Source: an uncultured Candidatus Saccharibacteria bacterium
GTDB taxonomy: Bacteria; Patescibacteriota; Minisyncoccia; Phycocordibacterales; UBA5272
Assembly (NCBI GenBank): GCA_964538815.1
Contig: CAZIHL010000001.1
Span: forward strand, 79,034-143,033
DNA length: 64,000 nt
Direction: 5' to 3'
Shown one piece after another: positions 57,294-64,000 of the stretch (position 1 is its first letter; every line of letters starts with the position of its first letter). The position numbers and the translations under genes were made by a program. The notes below the pieces were generated by a model, which did no database searches, was not told the DNA's origin, and saw nothing but the letters and a program-made list of their open reading frames with translations.

Positions 57294-57515
57294 ATGGAAA
57301 AAATAAGCCAAAAAATAGAAATAGTAAGAAATAAAATTCTTATTATAATGAGGTTCCAAAAATTTTTAATTTTCAAATTAAAAAAAAATGGATGGGGTAA
57401 CTTGGAAACTAAAAAATTGCTTTCAAAATTAGAAGAAGCTAGAATTCAAGAAGAACAACATTATAAGAATTTATATTATCTAGAAATGAAGTTAAATACT
57501 TTTATTTCTAGGTAA
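57294..57515 (+). CDS. hypothetical small protein
   Basis: 73-aa ORF with no recognisable domain. Confidence 0.25.
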   Translation: MEKISQKIEIVRNKILIIMRFQKFLIFKLKKNGWGNLETKKLLSKLEEARIQEEQHYKNLYYLEMKLNTFISR

Positions 57516-57571
57516 TTTCAATTCCCAAAGAATATAAAAACACTTTTAATTCAAATAATTAAAAGTGTTTT

Positions 57572-58645
57572 TTATTTTAATTTATTTTTTATAAATTCAT
57601 CTGCTATCTTTTTTATTTCTTTATAATCTTTACCATTCATTAAATCATTTCTTAAATCTTTTGCTCCATCAAATCCATTCACATACGCCTTATAATGCTT
57701 CTTCATTATATTAAAACTTTTTATTTTAGTTAATTTCTTTTCAAAAAGTTTAGTATGTTCTTTCATTACTTCTAGTCTAAATAAAATATTATTCTTCCCC
57801 TTTTTTGTTTCAATATTTTGATCATTTCTTTTTTCAAACTCCTTTTCGTCAAAAAACCAAGGTGTACCAAATACTCCCCTACCAATCATAACTCCATCAG
57901 CGCCACTGTCTTTAGTTTTTTCTTTAGCTTCTCGGACACTTTTAATATCACCATTTAAAAGAATAATAGGAGTTTTTAAATTATTTTTTTCGCAATAATT
58001 TTTTATAAATTTTACTATGTCTTTTGATAATTCCCAGTGAGCTCCCACAAGAGACAATTCTTTTCTGGTGCGAAGATGAATACTAAAAATGTCAGGCTCT
58101 ACATCAAGGATAATTGGAAACCAAGTTTTGTATTCAATTTTATTGTATCCAAGTCTTGTTTTTACTGAAAAAGAAAAATAACTTTTAGATTTTTTATTTA
58201 TATCATTTACTAACTCTCTTGAAGCAGAAAGAATTTCTTTTGAAAGATTTGGATGTTTTATCATAGCGGACCCAGAGAGTTGCTTTTCAATACTTCTGTC
58301 AGGACATCCCATATTTATATCTACTCCATTAAATCCTAATTTATGAGTGAGTTTTATAGCTTCTAAAATATTTTCTTTTTTAGAACTAAATATTTGAGCA
58401 AGTATTGGATACTCGCTTTTTTTATCAAAGACAAAATCATGAAGTAATGCACTTCTTCCTGAGCTTGCGAGTCCATCAGCTGAAACAAACTCAGTCCAAA
58501 AAATATCAGGCCCTGCTGGACGAGAATATTTTGCGAGCATTTTTCTAAAAACTTGATCTGTTACATCGGCCATTGGAGCTAACGCTAAAATAGCTTTTCC
58601 TTTTTCAGATTTCTTTTTTAATTCTTCTATAAATTTTTTAACCAT
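57572..58645 (-). CDS. dus: tRNA-dihydrouridine synthase
   Basis: LAPMADVTD and NMGCP motifs of Dus-family TIM-barrel flavoenzymes. Confidence 0.85.
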   Translation of the reverse strand: MVKKFIEELKKKSEKGKAILALAPMADVTDQVFRKMLAKYSRPAGPDIFWTEFVSADGLASSGRSALLHDFVFDKKSEYPILAQIFSSKKENILEAIKLTHKLGFNGVDINMGCPDRSIEKQLSGSAMIKHPNLSKEILSASRELVNDINKKSKSYFSFSVKTRLGYNKIEYKTWFPIILDVEPDIFSIHLRTRKELSLVGAHWELSKDIVKFIKNYCEKNNLKTPIILLNGDIKSVREAKEKTKDSGADGVMIGRGVFGTPWFFDEKEFEKRNDQNIETKKGKNNILFRLEVMKEHTKLFEKKLTKIKSFNIMKKHYKAYVNGFDGAKDLRNDLMNGKDYKEIKKIADEFIKNKLK

Positions 58646-58647
58646 AT

Positions 58648-59307
58648 TTATTGTATATTTGTAGTTGAAGAATTTTCAATAATAGTAGATGAAGACGCTG
58701 TTTCGTTAGTATTTTTTGTATTTTTTATAGATTTTTCGTCAGATTTTTTTTCATTTGATACAATATTAAGATTTGCATTTTTAAATTTATAAAAAACTTT
58801 ATTTGAAAATCTTAAGTCTATATAGTCTAAGTTTTCTAAATCATTTTTGATTTTTGTCTTTAATGGTTCAACATCAATTACTGAAACAAAAGTTATCCAA
58901 ACATAATCAGCTTTATCATTTATATTTACATAAATATATCCAGAGTTATCTTTTGTATTATTTAAAAATAATTTCATATCTCCATTTGATAAAATTTCAC
59001 TAGAAGAAGAGAATTCTAAATCTTTACTTGGAAGTCTAGTTTTAAAAATAGAAACAAAATCATTATTATCCGTGTTCTCTACAATATTTTCAGAATTATT
59101 ATTTTTTACAAAAATAGATTTTGTGTCTTGCCAAAGATTATTTAAATCAATGACTCTTTCTTTATTTAAAAAATATAAAATTAGGACAATTAAAGCCAAA
59201 AGAAAGATAAATAAAAATCTCTTAAAACTTTTTTTTAATTTTCTTCTTTTTCTATTTTTCATTTTTGTATTATTTAAATAATAATTATTGTATTTTTTCT
59301 CTTCCAT
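58648..59307 (-). CDS. hypothetical membrane-anchored protein
   Basis: N-terminal basic stretch plus one TM, then an Asn/Ser-rich ectodomain. Confidence 0.45.
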   Translation of the reverse strand: MEEKKYNNYYLNNTKMKNRKRRKLKKSFKRFLFIFLLALIVLILYFLNKERVIDLNNLWQDTKSIFVKNNNSENIVENTDNNDFVSIFKTRLPSKDLEFSSSSEILSNGDMKLFLNNTKDNSGYIYVNINDKADYVWITFVSVIDVEPLKTKIKNDLENLDYIDLRFSNKVFYKFKNANLNIVSNEKKSDEKSIKNTKNTNETASSSTIIENSSTTNIQ

Positions 59308-60547
59308 CCATATATGGTCTTAAAGCTTCTGGGATAGTAATACTACCGTCTTCATTTTGGAAATTCTCAACAAGAGAAACCAAAATACGAGGTGTAGGTA
59401 TAGCTGTACAATTTAAAGAGTGCACATAACGAGTTTTTCCATCTTCGTCGCGATATTTAATATTACTTCTTCTTGCTTGAAAATCATGAAAATATGAAGC
59501 ACTAGAAATCTCTCTATATTTTTCTTCTTTTGGTACCCAAAGTTCAATATCATATTTTTTTACTTGTCCTTGTCCAAGATCACCGCCGCAGTTGATAACA
59601 GTGTGATATGGAATATGCATAGACTCGATAAATTCTTCTGTGTTTCTATTTAATTCTTCATGATATTTTACAGATTCTTCGTGAGAAGCTTCACAGAGAA
59701 TAAGCTGTTCAAATTTATAAAATTCATGCACACGGATCAACCCTTTTGTATCTTTTGAATAGCTTCCTGCTTCTCTTCGAAAGCATGGTGAAAATCCTAA
59801 ATACTTTTTTGGTAAATCTTTTTTATCTAATACTTCGTCTCGATGGAAACCCATTAAAGGCACTTCTGCTGTACCCGCTAATGCGTCATCATCTTGAGTT
59901 ACATAATAATCATCAGTATCTCCTGGAAGATGTCCTGTACCATAAAGATTTTCTTTTCGTACAATTACAGGAGGAATCACAGGATTATATCCTTTATCTC
60001 CGAAAAACTTTAATGCATAATTCCAAATAGCAAAACAAAGTTGGACTCCTTCTCCTGTTAAAAAGTATCCACGAAATCCATGAACTTTTGATCCTCTCTC
60101 AAAATCAACCATTTTAAGATTTTCCATTATTTGAATGTGATCTTTTGGAATAAAAGAAAAAATAGGTTTTTCCCCCCAAATTTTTATTTCTTGATTATAT
60201 TCATCAGAATCTCCGTCTGGGACAGATATGTCTGGTATATTTGGTACACGAAGCATTAAAGCTCTCCACTCATTTATTATTTTTTCAAATTCTGGCTCTA
60301 GCTTTTTTATTTCTTCTTTTACAAGAGACATCTCTTCTATCTTTTTTTGTTTTTCTTCTAGATTTACTTTTGTTATTTCTCCTGATACTAAATTTTGCTT
60401 TGAGCGAAGCTCTTCTATTTTTTGAGAATATTCTATTCTTTTTTTATCTATTTCAATTAATTTTTGCACGTCAAAATCAATATGTTTTTTTTCTGCAGCC
60501 ATTTTAATAATTTCTGGATTTTCTCTAATAAATTTAATATCCAACAT
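59285..60547 (-). CDS. serS: serine--tRNA ligase
   Basis: N-terminal coiled coil (MLDIKFIRENPE) and class II motifs (FRREAGS, GLDLPR-like). Confidence 0.9.
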   Translation of the reverse strand: MLDIKFIRENPEIIKMAAEKKHIDFDVQKLIEIDKKRIEYSQKIEELRSKQNLVSGEITKVNLEEKQKKIEEMSLVKEEIKKLEPEFEKIINEWRALMLRVPNIPDISVPDGDSDEYNQEIKIWGEKPIFSFIPKDHIQIMENLKMVDFERGSKVHGFRGYFLTGEGVQLCFAIWNYALKFFGDKGYNPVIPPVIVRKENLYGTGHLPGDTDDYYVTQDDDALAGTAEVPLMGFHRDEVLDKKDLPKKYLGFSPCFRREAGSYSKDTKGLIRVHEFYKFEQLILCEASHEESVKYHEELNRNTEEFIESMHIPYHTVINCGGDLGQGQVKKYDIELWVPKEEKYREISSASYFHDFQARRSNIKYRDEDGKTRYVHSLNCTAIPTPRILVSLVENFQNEDGSITIPEALRPYMDGREKIQ

Positions 60548-60681
60548 AATCTTGTAAAAATAATAATTAATTAATATTCAAATAATATCATAAAATTAAG
60601 ATTTATAAAGTTGACAACTGGTATTTTTTTTCTTATTCTTATTAAGAATAAATCTATTTTGTACTTTTTAAAAATTTCCAG

Positions 60682-61020
60682 ATGAATAAAAAAGAATCAG
60701 AAGAAAAAATAATCTTATTAGAAAAACAAAAAGAAGAGATACTATCTTTTTTAGTTTCTCTAATAAAGATAAATGAGAATATAAATAAAATTGATATATT
60801 TAAATTTTTAGTTGAAAATTTAAATTATAAAGCAAGTAAAGAAGATATAATAAATATATGTTCTGGACATTTAAGTCCTATGGAAAAATTTCGTTTTTCT
60901 AATTATGTAAAAAATAAATATCCTGAATATTATGGAGATTTCAGAAAAGAAATCTTAATTTCTCCACCTAAACAGAATAGAGAATTTAAAGATGAAAATT
61001 CTGAAGAATATTATTATTAA
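60682..61020 (+). CDS. hypothetical protein
   Basis: 112-aa ORF, convergent with the sufD-like gene and overlapping its 3' end. Confidence 0.35.
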   Translation: MNKKESEEKIILLEKQKEEILSFLVSLIKINENINKIDIFKFLVENLNYKASKEDIINICSGHLSPMEKFRFSNYVKNKYPEYYGDFRKEILISPPKQNREFKDENSEEYYY

Positions 61021-61579
61021 GAAAAATTTCCGCATCTTTTTCTGAAAAAGCATGAAGGCCGACATAAAATATGTCGGTCTTTTTTATTTTAGAAATTGAT
61101 ACAGCGTGAGATACTTGTACTTTATGACTATTTATATCAAGGCTTGGTATAGCGTCTATCTCACCAGTATTTCTATTTTCATCCACCGCAAAAATATATT
61201 TACATTTTTCTTCTCCATCTATCCCCTTTACTCCTTCTTTTACTTTAATATTTGTACGAGAAATAATTTTCCCATTTACTTCTGCAATTCCACGGATATT
61301 AATCAAGCTTTTTGTGTTGTCAGCATTGTGATTTACTTCACATGACACATCTACAAGACTTTCATTTGCTTTATATCTTCCAATAAATTCTACACTTGCG
61401 CCTTCTACATTTAAATTGATCTCGTAGTGAGAGAGAAAATCTCCTTCAAATTTTTCTTCACGAATCTCTAAATGCTCTCTTTTATCAATATTAATAACAT
61501 GAGTATTTTTCTTTATCTCGCTTTCTGTAAAATCAGTATTTACTTTTAATCCGTAAGATATTTTTTTAGATTCTTTCAT
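60986..61579 (-). CDS. SufD-like Fe-S cluster assembly protein (short)
   Basis: SufBD-family C-terminal beta-helix similarity, directly downstream of sufB. Confidence 0.6.
   Translation of the reverse strand: MKESKKISYGLKVNTDFTESEIKKNTHVINIDKREHLEIREEKFEGDFLSHYEINLNVEGASVEFIGRYKANESLVDVSCEVNHNADNTKSLINIRGIAEVNGKIISRTNIKVKEGVKGIDGEEKCKYIFAVDENRNTGEIDAIPSLDINSHKVQVSHAVSISKIKKTDIFYVGLHAFSEKDAEIFLNNNILQNFHL
61056..61087 (+). terminator. intrinsic terminator for the plus-strand transcript, embedded in the minus-strand CDS
   Basis: aggccgacat-aaaat-atgtcggtct then tttttt. Confidence 0.45.
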
Positions 61580-61582
61580 ATT

Positions 61583-62962
61583 TTACATTCCTTCTATCTC
61601 AAGATCAATAAGTTTATTAAGCTCTACCGCGTACTCCAGCGGTAGTTTTTTTATTATTTCACTTGCAAATCCTCCAACGATTAATCTCTGCGCAGCATAT
61701 TCATCAAACCCATGAAGATTTGCATAAAAAATTTCTTTGTCAGAGAGTTGTCCGACTTTCGCTTCATGAGAAATTTCTACATCTTTGTTTGATACTTTAT
61801 TTACTGGTATGGCGAGTGCTTTTGAGTCTTTATCCATTATGAGTGTATCACAAGCTACTACAACTTTTGAGTTAGTTGCCCTCTTTCCTATTTCTACTGA
61901 TCCACGATAAGTAGACACACCTCCATTTTTAGCAATTGATTTTGATTTTATAACTGAGTAAGTATTTGGTGCGAGATGTATAACTTTACTTCCAACATCT
62001 TGATTTTGTCCTCGTCCTGCCATAGCGATACCAAGACTTTCACTTTTAGCATATTCGCCAAGAAGTATAGATGACGGGTAAAGCATTGTTGTTGATGACC
62101 CAGTATTTCCATTTAACCATTCAACTTCCCCTCTCTCATAGACGAGTGCTTTTTTAGTATTTAAATTATAAACATTTTTACTCCAGCTTTCGATACTTGA
62201 GTATTTTATTTTTGCATCTTTCATAACAAATAATTCCACTCCTCCAGCATGCAGAGCTGAAAAAGAATATCTTGGTGCAGAACAACCTTCAATATATTCA
62301 ACATAACTATCCTCGTCAGCAATTATTATTGTGTGTTCAAATTGACCTCCTTTTTCTTGATTCATTCTAAAGTATGACTGTAATGGCATTTTTACTTTTA
62401 CTCCTTTTGGGACATAGATAAATGTGCCTCCACTCCAGCATGCAGCGTGTAGTGATGCGAATTTATGCTCGTTCACTTTTATACAATCGCTCATAAAATA
62501 TTTTTTTACCATTTCAGGATAAAGCTTAAGAGCAGTATCCATATTTTCAAAAATTACTCCTTGCTTTTTGAGTGAGTCTTTGATCGAATGATACACAACA
62601 CCAGAGTCATATTGAGCCCCTACTCCACCCAAGTATTCCCTTTCAGCTTTTGGTATGCCAAGCTTTTCAAAAGTATCTGAAATTTCTTTTGGTACTTTAT
62701 CCCAACTATTTTGTTCTTTCATTTCTGGAGAAACATAATAAATAATTTCTTCAAGCTTTAAATCTTTCAAACTCGGCCCCCATGATGGAAGTGGTGCTCT
62801 TTTATATGCTCTATAAGCCTCTAAACGCTTCTCTAGCATCCATTCTGGCTCATCCTTGTCTTTTGATATATTTCGGACCATTCCTTCTGTTAAACCAAAA
62901 GAAAAATCAACTTCTTTAGACTTATTCTTATAAGATATTTTTTTAAATATATTTAAATCCAT
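61583..62962 (-). CDS. sufB: Fe-S cluster assembly protein SufB
   Basis: Full-length SufB similarity (…GGQFEHTIIIADEDSYVEYIEGCSAP…). Confidence 0.85.
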   Translation of the reverse strand: MDLNIFKKISYKNKSKEVDFSFGLTEGMVRNISKDKDEPEWMLEKRLEAYRAYKRAPLPSWGPSLKDLKLEEIIYYVSPEMKEQNSWDKVPKEISDTFEKLGIPKAEREYLGGVGAQYDSGVVYHSIKDSLKKQGVIFENMDTALKLYPEMVKKYFMSDCIKVNEHKFASLHAACWSGGTFIYVPKGVKVKMPLQSYFRMNQEKGGQFEHTIIIADEDSYVEYIEGCSAPRYSFSALHAGGVELFVMKDAKIKYSSIESWSKNVYNLNTKKALVYERGEVEWLNGNTGSSTTMLYPSSILLGEYAKSESLGIAMAGRGQNQDVGSKVIHLAPNTYSVIKSKSIAKNGGVSTYRGSVEIGKRATNSKVVVACDTLIMDKDSKALAIPVNKVSNKDVEISHEAKVGQLSDKEIFYANLHGFDEYAAQRLIVGGFASEIIKKLPLEYAVELNKLIDLEIEGM

Positions 62963-63002
62963 ATCTATAAAATAACACTTTTTATGCTAAAATTGAAATA
63001 AT

Positions 63003-64000
63003 ATGACTCAATCTGAAGCATTGGACATTTTAAAAATGGGGCATTCTGTATTTTTGACTGGTGCTGCTGGTACTGGAAAAACTTATGTTTTAAATCAATA
63101 TATAAATTATTTAAAAAGTCATTCTATCTATCCTGCTATTACTGCCTCAACTGGTATCGCATCGACTCATATTGGTGGACAAACAATTCATTCTTGGAGT
63201 GGAATCGGTGTATATGAAAAGCTTGATAGATGGGCCCTTGATAAACTAGAGCAAAATGAGAGACTATATAAAAGATATAATGAAGCAAAAGTTTTAATAA
63301 TAGATGAGATATCAATGCTTCACGCATCACGTCTTGATATGGTGAATACTTTATTTAAAAAGTTTCGTAGCAACTCTTTACCATTTGGTGGAGTACAAAT
63401 AATTTTTTGTGGAGATTTCTTTCAACTTCCACCTGTCGTAAAAAAGTTCGGTGATGAAATTCCTGACGAAAGTAAAGAGTTCGCCTACAATAGTGAAGCA
63501 TGGAAAGAATTAAATCCTGTTATCTGTTATCTTGAAGAAAATTATCGTCAAGAAGATGAAAGATTAACAAAAATTTTAAATAATATTCGCTTTGAAAGAG
63601 AAACAGAAAAAATATATGAAGTATTAAGCCAAAGTGTGCGAGACATAGAAGAAGAAATAAATATTGATACAAATGAAGAAGTGTTTGGAGGAGATGTTTT
63701 AAAACTCTATACTCATAATATAGATGTAGATGGAATTAATGTTCAAAAATATATTTCTCTATCAAGCATCGAAGAATATTCTTATGAAATGCAAAGTAGT
63801 GGTAAAAAGAATTTAATAGAAGCTTTAAAAAATAATTGTCTTGCACCAGAAATATTAAATTTGAAAATTGGCACAAAAGTTATTTTTGTAAAAAATGATA
63901 AAAATAAAGAATATCAAAATGGAACTCTTGGAGAAGTTATAGGTTTTGATATTTCAAATATGCCAATAGTAAAAACTTTTAATGGTAGAGACATAAATGT
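63003..64000 (+). CDS. PIF1/RecD-family ATP-dependent DNA helicase (partial, runs off the window)
   Basis: Walker A LTGAAGTGKT, PIF1-like motifs (IDEISML; GGVQIIFCGDFFQLPPV). No stop codon before position 64000. Confidence 0.75.
   Translation, partial: MTQSEALDILKMGHSVFLTGAAGTGKTYVLNQYINYLKSHSIYPAITASTGIASTHIGGQTIHSWSGIGVYEKLDRWALDKLEQNERLYKRYNEAKVLIIDEISMLHASRLDMVNTLFKKFRSNSLPFGGVQIIFCGDFFQLPPVVKKFGDEIPDESKEFAYNSEAWKELNPVICYLEENYRQEDERLTKILNNIRFERETEKIYEVLSQSVRDIEEEINIDTNEEVFGGDVLKLYTHNIDVDGINVQKYISLSSIEEYSYEMQSSGKKNLIEALKNNCLAPEILNLKIGTKVIFVKNDKNKEYQNGTLGEVIGFDISNMPIVKTFNGRDIN

Overview
This 64-kb window looks like part of a small, AT-rich bacterial chromosome, probably a CPR/Patescibacteria-like organism. 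The evidence is about 30% G+C by eye, heavy AGA/AAA codon use, short versions of SMC, Rel, Obg and DnaX, and Shine-Dalgarno-poor starts. Most of the window is housekeeping: mnmA, an aquaporin, rpoB-rpoC, dnaG, rpoD, obg, gatB, miaA, parB, rel, topA, smc, uppP, dprA, rnr, rpsP, a KH protein, trmD, prfB, ftsEX, trpS, a GH18 hydrolase, scpAB, a D-Ala-D-Ala carboxypeptidase, mraY-ftsW-murG, gltX, dnaX, dus, serS, sufBD and a partial PIF1-like helicase. I found seven tRNA genes.

The outstanding feature is a foreign island of about 4.75 kb (about 35243..39995) between tRNA-Thr(GGU) and tRNA-Thr(CGU). It has three parts:
- A 969-aa gene with moderate-GC, CGN-arginine codon usage, bounded by near-perfect 135-bp inverted repeats. 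It encodes two tandem GHKL/Bergerat-fold ATPase modules plus a C-terminal HExxH motif, and is preceded by a near-leaderless promoter.
- A second unit with a consensus sigma70 promoter, a structured AT-rich leader, and a 744-bp CDS whose G+C (about two-thirds, GC3-dominated) stops exactly at the CDS borders.
- A canonical type III hammerhead ribozyme (sTRSV-like core) in that unit's 3' UTR, followed by an intrinsic terminator.

No transposase, integrase, CRISPR array or rRNA is present. A secondary accessory region around the tRNA-Leu/Cys/Ala genes (26.2-30.2 kb) holds two odd genes that share a conserved 30-nt motif abutting their start codons.
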